Origin: Alphaproteobacteria bacterium | Lineage (GTDB): Bacteria; Pseudomonadota; Alphaproteobacteria; CALKHQ01 | NCBI GenBank assembly: GCA_965227515.1 | Contig: CBDDFZ010000001.1 | Coordinates: 1,408,001-1,472,000 of the forward strand | Direction of reading: 5' to 3' | Length of the DNA: 64,000 bases | Shown: one piece after another, positions 19,654-29,517 of the stretch | Position numbering within the stretch: position 1 is the first letter of the stretch | How the letters are laid out: each line of letters starts with the position of its first letter | Notes under the pieces: generated by a model | Seen by the model: the letters and a program-made list of their open reading frames with translations, nothing else | Database searches by the model: none | What the model was told of the DNA's origin: nothing | Translations under genes and position numbers: made by a program

Positions 19654-20469
19654 CTATTCGGCGGCGTGGCTGTGCGCGAGCTCGTAGGCGCGGTGGGTGT
19701 CCAGCACCTGCGGGTACGGGTACTCCACTCCCAGCAATCTCTTCAGCGTCGGGCTGGCGGCGTCGATCACCTCCTGCCGCACGCTCTTGAGCTGGTCTTC
19801 CATCGGCTTGACGAACTTCGGTAGGTACTGGCCGAGCAGGCCAACCCGCTGCTTGTCTGTGCGGTTATGGCCGGAGCCGTGCCAGAGCAGCCCGGTCATC
19901 AGCATCACCGAGCCCGCCGATCCGGTGGTCTGGGTCATGATGCCCTCGCACTCCTCCGGCGTGGGGAACCTGCCCTGCGCCTGGGTGCCGGGTGCGACCA
20001 TGGTGGCCCCGTTCTCGGTGGTGAAGTCGTCCAGCATGATCGTCGACTGGCAGTTCATGAAGAAGGTGGAGTTGATGCCCATCGGGAACGTGCCGCGCTC
20101 GTACAGGTCCCAATAGGGATAGTCCAGGTGCGGCGGCTGCGGCTTGGCGCCCGGCTGCACGACCCGGCCGGCGAACGAGCCGAGCTTGAGGTCGGAACCG
20201 AGGATGCGTGAGAACACTTCCAGGATCAGCGGCTCCTGCGCCATCTGGCGAAAGATCTCGCCCTTGTCGATCAGGTTCCAGACATGATCGGTCGCCTTCA
20301 GCACCGACAGCGCGTCGCTGGTGTCGATATCGGGCGGCGGTACGGCGGCCAGCTCCAGCAACTCGGCGCGCGCCTGGGCCACCTGGTCGGGCGAGAACAG
20401 CCCCTCGACGACATAATAGCCCTTGCCCTGGGTCAACTCGCGCACGATCGCATCGACATCGTGGGACAT
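19654..20469 (-). CDS. Phytanoyl-CoA dioxygenase (PhyH) family Fe(II)/2OG oxygenase
   Basis: HLD (HxD), LDDFT.ENGAT..PG, LWHG.G.N....R. Confidence 0.9.
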   Translation of the reverse strand: MSHDVDAIVRELTQGKGYYVVEGLFSPDQVAQARAELLELAAVPPPDIDTSDALSVLKATDHVWNLIDKGEIFRQMAQEPLILEVFSRILGSDLKLGSFAGRVVQPGAKPQPPHLDYPYWDLYERGTFPMGINSTFFMNCQSTIMLDDFTTENGATMVAPGTQAQGRFPTPEECEGIMTQTTGSAGSVMLMTGLLWHGSGHNRTDKQRVGLLGQYLPKFVKPMEDQLKSVRQEVIDAASPTLKRLLGVEYPYPQVLDTHRAYELAHSHAAE

Positions 20470-20646
20470 GACGGTTCCTCCAACGCTTGTTCGATTTTGG
20501 TCGGAGCATAGACCTGCTGCGGCGCCGGCACATCCATTTTGCTGTGGGCAGGCGCCCAAAATATATGGCCGTTCTTGACCATCCGCATATTTTGGCAGAC
20601 TCTTGAGGGCTATATGGGGCCCTCAACCGGGTGTGAGGTGACGCAG

Positions 20647-21738
20647 ATGGTTGCGCGTAGGGACTACAGTCTGAATGGCGCCGAAACCAAGCGCGCGTGG
20701 GAGCGCGGGCTGGTCTCGGCCGAGTGGTACAAGTGCGACGTGCCGCGCAAGCAGATGAAGGAATTCATGCAGCGCTCCGACTTTCCGGCGCTGTGGCATG
20801 TGCTGCTGTGGTTCGCGCTCATCGCCGCCTTCGCCGCCGCAACCATCCTGACCTGGGGGTCGTGGTGGTTCATCCTGCCGTTCTTCTTCTACTGCAGCAT
20901 CCTGACCGGCTCGTCGGACCCGCGCTGGCATGAATGCGGCCACGGCACCGCGTTCAAGACCCAGTGGCTGAACACCGTGGTCTACCACTTCGCCTGCTAC
21001 TGGCTGCTGCGCGAGCCGCAGGTCTGGCGCTACAGCCACACCCGCCACCACACCGACACCATCATCGTCGGCCGCGATCCTGAGATCATCACCCCCCGGC
21101 CGCCGGACCTGCCGCGGCTGTTGCTGACCGTGTTCAACCTGACCGGCGGGCTGAAGACGATTCCCAAGGTGTTCCAGCACGCCATGGGCAAGAAGACCTT
21201 CCCGGAAGAGGACTTCGTGCCGGAGTCCGAATGGCCGAAGGTCTTCCTGTCGGCGCGGGTCTGGGTCGCGTGCTGGGCCGCCACAATCGTCCTGGCGCTG
21301 GCCACGTGGTCGATCCTGCCGCTGCTGATGCTGTTCGTGCCGCAGTTCCTGGGCCACTGGGTGGTGATGTTCTTTGGCGTCACCCAGCACATCGGCTTGG
21401 CCGACGACGTGCTGGACCATCGGCTGAACACCCGCACCATCTACATGAACCCGGTGTTCCGGTTCCTGTACCTGAACATGAACTACCACGTGGAACACCA
21501 CATGTTCCCGATGGTGCCGTACCACGCGCTGCCCAAGCTGCACGAGGCGATCAAGGCCGACACGCCGGAGCCCTATCCCAGCACCTGGGCGGCGTATAAG
21601 GAGATCTTCCCGGCGGTTTTCCGCCAGTTACGCGATCCCGAATGGTGGGTGCACCGCAAGCTGCCGGGCCAGCCCGCCGCCGATGACGGCGGCAAGGCAG
21701 ATGCCCCGGCCCAAGGCACCGGCGCCCAGACGGCCTAG
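20647..21738 (+). CDS. Membrane di-iron desaturase/oxygenase, MocD-like
   Basis: His boxes WHECGH, HTRHH, NYHVEHH; N-terminal RDYSL. Confidence 0.88.
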   Translation: MVARRDYSLNGAETKRAWERGLVSAEWYKCDVPRKQMKEFMQRSDFPALWHVLLWFALIAAFAAATILTWGSWWFILPFFFYCSILTGSSDPRWHECGHGTAFKTQWLNTVVYHFACYWLLREPQVWRYSHTRHHTDTIIVGRDPEIITPRPPDLPRLLLTVFNLTGGLKTIPKVFQHAMGKKTFPEEDFVPESEWPKVFLSARVWVACWAATIVLALATWSILPLLMLFVPQFLGHWVVMFFGVTQHIGLADDVLDHRLNTRTIYMNPVFRFLYLNMNYHVEHHMFPMVPYHALPKLHEAIKADTPEPYPSTWAAYKEIFPAVFRQLRDPEWWVHRKLPGQPAADDGGKADAPAQGTGAQTA

Positions 21739-21775
21739 CCTGCGCTAGCCGCCACCGTCCGGGCCGGCCTGGCCG

Positions 21776-22693
21776 GTGCCGGCTGTTCCAGGAAGACATG
21801 CATTGCCGAAGCTGGCAGGCAACGGGGCGTCTGCCCGCCTTGCCATCCTGGTCATGTGCGCCGGCGTGCTGTCGCTGTGCCTGAACGATGCCGCCGCCAA
21901 GTGGCTGGTTCAGCGCTACTCGCCGTTCCAGATCATCTTCGTCCGGGGCGTCCTGGCGTTGCCGCTGATCGTCGCCCTGGTGCTGTGGGCCGACGGCAAG
22001 GCCGCGCTGCGCACGCCGCGCCTCGGCATCCACGCTTTCCGTGGTGTGCTGGCGGTTGGCGCCACGTTCGGCTTCTTCACAGGACTCAACGTGTTGCCGC
22101 TGGCCGAGGCGACGTCGCTGGTCTTCGCCGCACCCATCTTCATCACCGCGCTGTCGGTGCCGCTGCTGCGCGAGCGGGTCGGCTGGCGCCGGTGGACGGC
22201 GGTGACCGTTGGCCTGGTCGGCGTGCTGATTATCGTCCGGCCCGGCGCGGCGGCGTTCCAGACCGCGTCGCTCTATGTCGTCGGTGCGGCGGCACTGCAT
22301 GCCTTGGCCATGATCACCGTGCGCTGGGTCGACGAACGCGACAACATGCGCACCATGATGCTCTACCTCACCGTCTTCCCGGTGCTCTATTGCAGCTTCG
22401 TCGTCTTCACCGCGTGGCCGGCACCGATGTGGATCGACCTGGCGCTGTTCGCGTTCATGGCGGTGCTCGGCACCCTGGGGCTGACCCTGATCAGCCAGGC
22501 GTTCCGCATGGCGCCGGCCGCGGTGGTGGCGCCGTTCGAATACACCGCCCTGGTCTGGGCGAGCGGGCTCGGTTGGCTGGTCTGGGGCGTCATTCCGGAG
22601 GTCTGGGTCTATGCCGGCGCGGCCGTCATCGTCGCCAGCGGCATCTTCATTATCCTGCGCGAGTCCGCCCGGAAGGCCGCGCCGTCCGGTTGA
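21776..22693 (+). CDS. DMT/EamA family transporter
   Basis: About 10 TM helices; ERVGWRRW, IVRPG, APFEY; start uncertain. Confidence 0.88.
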   Translation: MPAVPGRHALPKLAGNGASARLAILVMCAGVLSLCLNDAAAKWLVQRYSPFQIIFVRGVLALPLIVALVLWADGKAALRTPRLGIHAFRGVLAVGATFGFFTGLNVLPLAEATSLVFAAPIFITALSVPLLRERVGWRRWTAVTVGLVGVLIIVRPGAAAFQTASLYVVGAAALHALAMITVRWVDERDNMRTMMLYLTVFPVLYCSFVVFTAWPAPMWIDLALFAFMAVLGTLGLTLISQAFRMAPAAVVAPFEYTALVWASGLGWLVWGVIPEVWVYAGAAVIVASGIFIILRESARKAAPSG

Positions 22694-22802
22694 CGCGCCG
22701 TTGGGGAACCGGGCGGCGTGCACGGTGTTGGACTGGTTGCGGTAATTCCATTTGGACGCGACCTCCTGACACGACGTTGTCAGGAGGGGCAGGGCCGGAG
22801 CG

Positions 22803-22831
22803 TTGACGTTGGGCATGGGGCGCTCTAGTTT
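22803..22831 (+). promoter_or_regulatory. Sigma70-type promoter upstream of the egtBD leader
   Basis: TTGACG-17 nt-TAGTTT. Confidence 0.55.
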
Positions 22832-22836
22832 CTGAT

Positions 22837-22936
22837 TTGTTCAGGTTTGCCGGTGGGGCAACAAGGGCCGCGGCGCACGGAGTGGGGTGCCCGAGCGGCT
22901 GAACAAGAGGGGCTGGCGGGCAGGGCCCGCCGTTTT
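22837..22936 (+). ncRNA. Candidate structured leader (riboswitch/attenuator) or sRNA
   Basis: 8-bp closing stem TTGTTCAG/CTGAACAA enclosing two hairpins, followed by GGCGGGC-agg-GCCCGCC-GTTTT. Confidence 0.4.
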
Positions 22937-23077
22937 GGCAGCCTCCGAAATTCCAGAAATGTCGGCCGGGCGACAGGTCCGGCTTGCATCGCGGTCGCAA
23001 GCGTGGCCGCGCAACGAGGGCGCGCGCGTCGGCGACGGACCGCCAGGCGCGCCCGGCACGGGCTTGAGGGAGGCACC

Positions 23078-24391
23078 ATGCCGACGTTCGGAACCCCGTC
23101 CAAGACTGCGCGAACCAATGTCGTGCCGACCGACCTAGGCACACGGTACGACGACGGGCGCCAGGCGACCCTCGACCTCGCGTCGGGTCTCAGCGACGCC
23201 GACGCCACCGTCCAGTCGATGGAGGATGCCAGCCCGGCGAAGTGGCACCTGGCGCACACCACCTGGTTCTTCGAGACATTCCTGCTGATGCCGCAGGTCG
23301 ACGGCTACCGCCCGTTCGACGACCGCTTCGGCTATCTGTTCAACTCGTACTACGAGGCGAAGGGCGACCGGCACCCCAGGCCCCGTCGCGGCATGCTGAC
23401 CCGGCCGTCGTTGGGCACGGTGCTCGACTACCGCGCCCACGTCGACGCGGCGATGGCGCGCTGGCTGGCGGAGGGGCTGGATGAGGCCCAGGCCGGGCTG
23501 GTGGTGCTCGGCCTCAACCACGAGCAGCAGCACCAGGAACTGTTCCTGACCGACATCCTGCACCTGTTCGCGCAGAACCCGCTGCGCCCCGCCTTCCGCA
23601 AGCCCGAACCCTTGGAGGTAAAGCCCGGCGCGCCGGCCGATCTGGCGTGGCTGGACTTCGACGGTGGCATCGTCGAGATCGGCCACGATGGCCAGGGTTT
23701 CAGCTTCGACAGCGAGGGGCCGCGCCACCAGGCGCTGCTCCAGCCCTACCGTCTCGCCTCCCGCCCGGTCACCAACGCGGAGTGGTGCGAATTCATCGAT
23801 GACGGTGGATATGCCGACCCGATGCTGTGGCTGTCCGACGGCTGGGCCGTTGTCCAGGCGGAGGGCTGGCGGGCGCCGCTCTATTGGCAGCGCGATGGCG
23901 GCGATGGCGGCGATGGCGGCGGCGAATGGCAAACCATGACCCTGCGCGGCATGCAAAGCATCGACCCCGCAGCACCTGTCTGCCACGTCAGCCTTTTCGA
24001 GGCCGATGCCTTCGCGCGCTGGGCCGGCAAGCGCCTGCCGACCGAGTTCGAGTGGGAGCATGCTGCGGCCGACCTGCCGATCGCTGGCAACTTCGCCGAC
24101 AGCGGCCGGCTGCGCCCGGCCCCAGCGACACCGAACGGCGGCGCCGGCCTGCAGCAGATGTTCGGCGACGTCTGGGAGATGACCGCCAGCCCGTTCGCGG
24201 CCTATCCCGGCTTCCGCCCCGCTGCCGGCGCGGTCGGCGAATACAACGGCAAGTTCATGTGCGGCCAGTTCGTGCTGCGCGGCGGCTCGTGCGCCACGCC
24301 CGCCGGCCACATGCGCGCCTGCTACCGCAACTTCTTTCACCCGGACAAGCGCTGGCAGTTCTCCGGCCTGCGCCTGGCGGAGGACCAGTGA
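23078..24391 (+). CDS. egtB: Ergothioneine biosynthesis sulfoxide synthase
   Basis: [35 protein letters not shown]-sulfatase domain, EYNGKFM, YRNFF. Confidence 0.95.
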   Translation: MPTFGTPSKTARTNVVPTDLGTRYDDGRQATLDLASGLSDADATVQSMEDASPAKWHLAHTTWFFETFLLMPQVDGYRPFDDRFGYLFNSYYEAKGDRHPRPRRGMLTRPSLGTVLDYRAHVDAAMARWLAEGLDEAQAGLVVLGLNHEQQHQELFLTDILHLFAQNPLRPAFRKPEPLEVKPGAPADLAWLDFDGGIVEIGHDGQGFSFDSEGPRHQALLQPYRLASRPVTNAEWCEFIDDGGYADPMLWLSDGWAVVQAEGWRAPLYWQRDGGDGGDGGGEWQTMTLRGMQSIDPAAPVCHVSLFEADAFARWAGKRLPTEFEWEHAAADLPIAGNFADSGRLRPAPATPNGGAGLQQMFGDVWEMTASPFAAYPGFRPAAGAVGEYNGKFMCGQFVLRGGSCATPAGHMRACYRNFFHPDKRWQFSGLRLAEDQ

Positions 24392-25377
24392 TGGACGACC
24401 TCAGAACATTCGACACCGATACCGACGACCGCGCGGCGGAACGCAGCGCAGAGGCCGCGCGCCGTGCATTCGCGGACGCCGTCGCCAAGGGCCTGTCGCA
24501 GCCGCAGAAGACGCTTGAGTGCAAGTATCTCTATGACGCGCGCGGCTCGGCCCTGTTCGACGAGATCTGCACCCTGGATGCCTACTACCCGACCCGCACC
24601 GAGATCGGCATCCTGGACGCCTGCGTGGCTGAGGTCGCGGCGGCCGCCGGCCCGGGCGCGGAGCTGGTGGAGCTGGGCAGCGGCGCCAGCGTGAAGAGCC
24701 GTATCCTGCTGTCCGCGCTCGACCGCCCGTCGCGCTACCTGCCCGTCGACATCTCGGCTGCGCACATGGAGGCGGCAGCCGAGCGGCTGCGAAGCGCCTA
24801 TCCCGGCCTGGAGATCGTGCCGGTCGCGGCCGATTTCAGCCAGCCGTTCAAGGTGCCGTCCAGGGCGGGCGAGGGACAGCGCGTGCTGTTCTTCCCCGGC
24901 TCGACCATCGGCAATTTCACGCCGCAAGAGGCCGAGGACCTGATGGCCCGTCTGCGCCGCGACATGGATGCCGACCTGTTCGTGATCGGGGTCGACCTGG
25001 TGAAGGACGTCGCGGTGCTGGAGGCGGCCTATGACGACCCGGAGGGCGTGACCGCCGCCTTCGACATGAACCTGCTGGCGCGGATCAACCGGGAGCTCGG
25101 CGCCGACTTCGACACCTCGGGCTTCCATCACGAGGCGCGCTGGAACACCGACGCGCACCGGATCGAAATGCACCTGGTCAGCGACGCCGACCAGCAGGTG
25201 ACGGTCGACGGCACGCGCTACCGGTTCGCGGATGGAGAGACCATCCACACCGAGAACAGCCACAAGTTCACGGTGGAGGGCTTCCAGGCGCTCGCCCGCC
25301 GCGCCGGCTGGTCACCGCGCCAGGTCTGGACCGATCCGAAGCACTGGTTCTCGGTGCATCTGCTGGGTGCGGCCTGA
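24391..25377 (+). CDS. egtD: L-histidine N-alpha-trimethyltransferase
   Basis: KYLYD.RGS.LF..IC.L..YYPTRTE, ELGSG, FPGSTIGN, AYDD..GVTAAF, IHTENSHK; start overlaps egtB stop. Confidence 0.95.
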   Translation: MDDLRTFDTDTDDRAAERSAEAARRAFADAVAKGLSQPQKTLECKYLYDARGSALFDEICTLDAYYPTRTEIGILDACVAEVAAAAGPGAELVELGSGASVKSRILLSALDRPSRYLPVDISAAHMEAAAERLRSAYPGLEIVPVAADFSQPFKVPSRAGEGQRVLFFPGSTIGNFTPQEAEDLMARLRRDMDADLFVIGVDLVKDVAVLEAAYDDPEGVTAAFDMNLLARINRELGADFDTSGFHHEARWNTDAHRIEMHLVSDADQQVTVDGTRYRFADGETIHTENSHKFTVEGFQALARRAGWSPRQVWTDPKHWFSVHLLGAA

Positions 25378-25462
25378 CGCGCGGGGCGCGTTCGCCCTAT
25401 ACTGCGGGCAAGCGAGATAAGGCCGGCGGGAAGCGCTGGCCAATTGCAGCAGGGGAAACGCC

Positions 25463-25858
25463 ATGGAAATTCGCCGCAGCGATGAGACGCCGTCCACCTC
25501 GGGGTCCGCGGAGACATTCACCGGGTCGGTGCGCTTCGACACGCCGTTCCAGATGACCGAGCCGGCGCGGGCCGGCGGCGGGACCGTCACCTTCGAGCCG
25601 GGCGCGCGTACCGCCTGGCACGCCCATCCCTATGGGCAGACCCTCATCGTCACCGCCGGGGTCGGCTGGGTGCAGCGCGAGGGCGAGCCGAAGCAGGAAA
25701 TCCGCCCTGGCGACGTGGTCTGGATCAAGCCGGGCGAGAAGCACTGGCACGGGGCCACCGCGACCCAGGCGATGTCGCACGTCGCCATCGCGGAGGCACA
25801 GGGCGGCAGCCGCGCGGAGTGGATGGAGCACGTCTCCGACGAGGACTATCTGGGGTAA
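25463..25858 (+). CDS. Cupin domain protein
   Basis: [30 protein letters not shown]. Confidence 0.9.
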   Translation: MEIRRSDETPSTSGSAETFTGSVRFDTPFQMTEPARAGGGTVTFEPGARTAWHAHPYGQTLIVTAGVGWVQREGEPKQEIRPGDVVWIKPGEKHWHGATATQAMSHVAIAEAQGGSRAEWMEHVSDEDYLG

Positions 25859-25890
25859 GCCGGCGCGCCGTCATCAGCTCATTTGTTCGT

Positions 25891-26031
25891 CGTCATTGCG
25901 AGCCCTAGGGCCAAGCCCGAGGACAGGCTCCGCGAAGCAATCCAGGCGATTGACGTGCCTGCTCTGAGGTCGCTCTGGATTGCCGCGTCGCGCCGTTCTC
26001 CTCGCGTCGCCCCGCGCTCCTCGCAATGACG
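25891..26031. repeat. REP-like palindrome, family B
   Basis: cgtcattgcgag...gcaatcca...tggattgc...ctcgcaatgacg. Confidence 0.78.
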
Positions 26032-26056
26032 GCGAGTGTGAAATTCGTCGCTGTGG

Positions 26057-26773
26057 CTACCCCGCGCCGCCCAGGTAGGCCGCCTGCACGGCGGGGTCCT
26101 GGGCCAGCGCCGTGGCCGGGCCGGCGCCGGTAATCGCACCGTTCTCCAGCAGGTAGCCGCGGTCGGCGATGGCCAGGCTCTGCTTGGCGTTCTGCTCCAC
26201 CAGCAGCACGCCCATGCCGGTCTCGCGGATGTGGGCCAGCGCCTGGAACAGCTCCTTGCACAGCAGCGGCGACAGGCCGAGCGAGGGCTCGTCCAGCATC
26301 AGGATCGTCGGGTTCGCCATCATCGCGCGGCCGATGGCGACCATTTGCTGCTCGCCGCCGGACATGGTGCGCACGGTCTGGGCGCGGCGCTCCACCAGCT
26401 TGGGGAACAGTCCGTAGACCCGCTCCAGGTTGGCCGCCTCGTGCGGCCGGGCGCGGGCGGCATAGGCACCCAGCGTCAGGTTCTCGGTCACCGTCAGGTC
26501 GGCGAAGATACCGCGCCCCTCGGGCACGAAGGCGATGCCGCGCTCGACGATGCGGTCGGGGCCGAGGCCGGTCAGCGGCGTGCCATCGAGGGTTGCGCTG
26601 CCGGCAACGGTGCCAGCACTCATGCCGGCGATGGCGCGCAGCAGCGAGCTCTTGCCGGCACCGTTGGCGCCCAGGATCACCACGACCTCGCCCGGCGCGA
26701 CGTCGACGGCCACGCCCTCCAGCGCGCGGTGCAGGCCATAGGCCACCGAGAGGTCAGAGACCCTTAACATCAT
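26057..26773 (-). CDS. HAAT/Liv-type ABC transporter ATPase (LivF-like)
   Basis: GANGAGKS, VPEGR, MSGGEQQM, LDEPSLGLSP. Confidence 0.92.
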   Translation of the reverse strand: MMLRVSDLSVAYGLHRALEGVAVDVAPGEVVVILGANGAGKSSLLRAIAGMSAGTVAGSATLDGTPLTGLGPDRIVERGIAFVPEGRGIFADLTVTENLTLGAYAARARPHEAANLERVYGLFPKLVERRAQTVRTMSGGEQQMVAIGRAMMANPTILMLDEPSLGLSPLLCKELFQALAHIRETGMGVLLVEQNAKQSLAIADRGYLLENGAITGAGPATALAQDPAVQAAYLGGAG

Positions 26774-27507
26774 TCATCACCCAGATAGGCGCGCACGACG
26801 GCGGGGTCCGACAGCACCTCGGTCGGCGTGCCCTCGGCGATCTTGGCGCCGGCGTTCATCACCACGCAGCGGTCGCAGAGCGCGCGGATCGCGTCCATCA
26901 CGTGCTCGACCAGGATGATGGTGCGCCCCTCGCGACGGAGGCCGGCGACGAGGTCGATGCCGACCTGAAGCTCGGTCGGGTTCAGCCCGGCCAGCCACTC
27001 GTCGAGCAGCAGCACTTGCGGGTCGCTGGCGAGCGCGCGGGCGAGTTCCAGCCGCTTCTGGTCGATGTAGGTGAGGGCGCTGGCGGGCTGGTGCATCTGG
27101 CCGCCGAGGCCCAACCGGTCGAGCAGTTCGGCCGCCCGGGCTTGCGCGCGCGCCCCCCAGGCCGGGCTGTGGCCGAAGGCGGCGCCGGCCAGCACGTTGT
27201 CCAGGATCGTCAGCCCCGGCAGGATGCGCACGAGCTGGAACGTGCGCGCCAGCCCCAGGCGCGCCACCTTGTGCGGCGGCAGGCCGGAAATGGCGTGGCC
27301 GGCCATCGAGATCGCGCCCGCCGACACCCGCAGCGCGCCGGAGATCAGGTTCAGCATCGTGGTCTTGCCGGACCCGTTCGGCCCGATGATGCCGAGCACT
27401 TCGTGCGGGGCGACCGCGAACGACATCTGGTTGACCGCGACCAAGCCGCCGAAACGCTTGGTGACGTCGCGTACCTCCAGCATTGGCGCGCTCGCCGGGG
27501 CGCTCAT
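26770..27507 (-). CDS. HAAT/Liv-type ABC transporter ATPase (LivG-like)
   Basis: KRFGGLVAV, GPNGSGKT, ARTFQ, LLLDE, VEH.M, AYLG. Confidence 0.92.
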   Translation of the reverse strand: MSAPASAPMLEVRDVTKRFGGLVAVNQMSFAVAPHEVLGIIGPNGSGKTTMLNLISGALRVSAGAISMAGHAISGLPPHKVARLGLARTFQLVRILPGLTILDNVLAGAAFGHSPAWGARAQARAAELLDRLGLGGQMHQPASALTYIDQKRLELARALASDPQVLLLDEWLAGLNPTELQVGIDLVAGLRREGRTIILVEHVMDAIRALCDRCVVMNAGAKIAEGTPTEVLSDPAVVRAYLGDE

Positions 27508-28430
27508 TTTCGCACCCGTGCGACCGCGCTCTCGATCAGGCCGACGAAGCCGCGCGGGATGAAATAGACGATCAGGAAGAAGGCGACGCCCAGGAACAGC
27601 GTGGTCGAGGTGGGGAAGGAGATGGTGATCGCCTCCCAGATCAGGGTGAACGGGATCACGCCGACGATCGGCCCCCACAGCCGGTGGACCCCGCCCAGCA
27701 TCGCCATGATCACCACCAGGAAGCTCAGCTCCGGCGAGAACACCTCGTTCGGCTCGATGTAGGAATAGCGCGGCGCGATGATGGCGCCGACCAGGGCGGC
27801 GAAGAAGCCGGTGATGGTGAACAGCACCACCTTGGCGCCGGCGGTGTTGATGCCGACATGGCGGGCGACGGTCTCGTCATTGCCGATGACGCGCAGCGCG
27901 AAGCCCAGGCGCGAGCGCGCGATCCACCAGCCGAGCGCGTAAACGATGGCGGCGACCGCCAGCAGCATCCAGTAGATGTGCGCCTCGGTGAATTCGGTCA
28001 GCACATAAAGGCCGCGCGAGCCGAGGAAGTTGTTCTGCACCCACGAGACCAGGTTGCGGACCATCTCCGCCAGCCCCAGGGTGAAGATGACGAAGTACAT
28101 GCCGGAGAGCCTGAGCGTGGCCAGCCCGATCAGTGCCGCCAGCACGGCGGCGACCAGCGGAGCGGCGGCGGCCATCAGCCAGAACGACTGGCCGTAGTCG
28201 CTCATGCCGGCGCCGACCATGTAGCCGCCGATGCCGAAGAACGCGCCGGTGGCCAGCGAGATGTAGTGGGTGGGGCCGGAGAACAGCGCCCAGCTCATGG
28301 CGAGCGCGATGAACATCATCGCGGTGACGGCGATGGAGAGCCAGTAGGGTCCGGCCACCAGCGGCACCGCGGCGGCGATGGCCGCCAGCAGGCCCGCGAT
28401 GATGAGCGGCTGCCAGTCCCGTGCCGTCAT
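27504..28430 (-). CDS. HAAT/Liv-type ABC permease (LivM-like)
   Basis: LRLSG.YF.I.TL, SRLG.ALR.I..DE, LGG...LWGP. Confidence 0.9.
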   Translation of the reverse strand: MTARDWQPLIIAGLLAAIAAAVPLVAGPYWLSIAVTAMMFIALAMSWALFSGPTHYISLATGAFFGIGGYMVGAGMSDYGQSFWLMAAAAPLVAAVLAALIGLATLRLSGMYFVIFTLGLAEMVRNLVSWVQNNFLGSRGLYVLTEFTEAHIYWMLLAVAAIVYALGWWIARSRLGFALRVIGNDETVARHVGINTAGAKVVLFTITGFFAALVGAIIAPRYSYIEPNEVFSPELSFLVVIMAMLGGVHRLWGPIVGVIPFTLIWEAITISFPTSTTLFLGVAFFLIVYFIPRGFVGLIESAVARVRK

Positions 28431-29290
28431 GCCGCGCGCCGCCCGAACAGGCCCTGCGGGCGGAACAGCAGGACGGCCAGGAAGATCAGATAGGCCGCGA
28501 CCAGGGTGAGCCCCGGGTCGACCAGCCGCGCCACCGTCGTCTCGACGAAGCCGAGCACGAAGGCGGCGATGATGGCGCCGCGAATGTCGCCGACCCCGCC
28601 CATGATCACGATGATCAGCGCCTTCAGGGTGAAGATGACGCCGACCGACCCGTCCAGGGTGATGAAGGTGGAGATCAGGGCGCCGCCGACCACGGTGACG
28701 GCGCCGCCGAGCGCGAAGGCGAACGCGCTGATGCGCGCGACGTTGATGCCGACCAGGCCGGCCGCCTCTGTATCGGTGGCGACCGCACGCACCGCCGTGC
28801 CGGCACGGGTGTGGCGCAGCCAGACATAAAGGCCGCCGCCGATGACGATGGCGCAGCCGAATGCGACCAGTCGGTTCAGTGCCACGGTCGTGCCCAGCAC
28901 CTCCAGCGGCTCGGCCAGGTAGGAGTAGGAGAACAGGCTGCCCTCGATCATCGTCATCACGCCGACCAGCGCGAAGCTCATGCCGAAGGTGGCCAGGATC
29001 GAGTCCGTCTCAAGCTGGCCCTTGGTCTTGGCGCGGCGCACCAGCGGGCGCATCAGGAAACGGTAGATCAGCCAGTTGGCGGCAAACGCCAGGGGCGCCA
29101 TCGCCAGCAGGGTGATCAGCGGGCTGAGCTCGGCGGAGACGTAGAACCAGAACGCGGCCAGCGCGCCCAGCACCAACAACTCGCCATTGGCCAGGTTCAT
29201 GATCCGCGCCACGCCATATTGCAGGTTCAGCCCCATGGCGATCAGCGCATAGGTGCCGCCCAGGATCAGGCTGGAGATGATGATGTCCAT
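28427..29290 (-). CDS. HAAT/Liv-type ABC permease (LivH-like)
   Basis: GGTYALIAMGL.L.YGV.RIMNLA.G, T..G.AVRAV, MGG.G. Confidence 0.9.
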   Translation of the reverse strand: MDIIISSLILGGTYALIAMGLNLQYGVARIMNLANGELLVLGALAAFWFYVSAELSPLITLLAMAPLAFAANWLIYRFLMRPLVRRAKTKGQLETDSILATFGMSFALVGVMTMIEGSLFSYSYLAEPLEVLGTTVALNRLVAFGCAIVIGGGLYVWLRHTRAGTAVRAVATDTEAAGLVGINVARISAFAFALGGAVTVVGGALISTFITLDGSVGVIFTLKALIIVIMGGVGDIRGAIIAAFVLGFVETTVARLVDPGLTLVAAYLIFLAVLLFRPQGLFGRRAA

Positions 29291-29372
29291 TGGCGCGAAT
29301 GGTGTGACGTTGGCGCAGGTGGTCCGAACGCGGGTCTTAGATTGATGCCTGACCAGACACCATAAACACAAT

Positions 29373-29463
29373 CGTCATGCCCGCACTTGTTGCGGGCATC
29401 CACGCCTTGTTGGCCGCGTGAGCGGCCATCTCGTGGATGGTCGGGTTAAGCCCGACCATGACG
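29373..29463. repeat. REP-like palindrome, family A, between binding-protein and permease genes
   Basis: cgtcatgcccgcacttgttgcgggcatccacg...cgtggatggtcgggttaagcccgaccatgacg. Confidence 0.8.
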
Positions 29464-29517
29464 GTGTTTTGGAAGGGCGGCGCGGGCCGGTCATTTACGC
29501 CAGCCCGCGACCGCCGG

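Noticed and set aside
22879-22903. tRNA-like 5' fragment (ggagtggggtgcccgagcggctgaa)
   Set aside because: No anticodon arm, T-arm (GTTCGA) or acceptor pairing; treated as part of the egtB leader.
23894-23920. (GATGGCGGC)x3 repeat within egtB
   Set aside because: In-frame 9-bp unit encoding a DGG loop; cannot cause phase variation.
23078-25377. Selenoneine (senABC) or ovothiol pathway
   Set aside because: No SenB glycosyltransferase or SelD nearby and no C-terminal methyltransferase on the sulfoxide synthase; an ordinary egtB-egtD pair.
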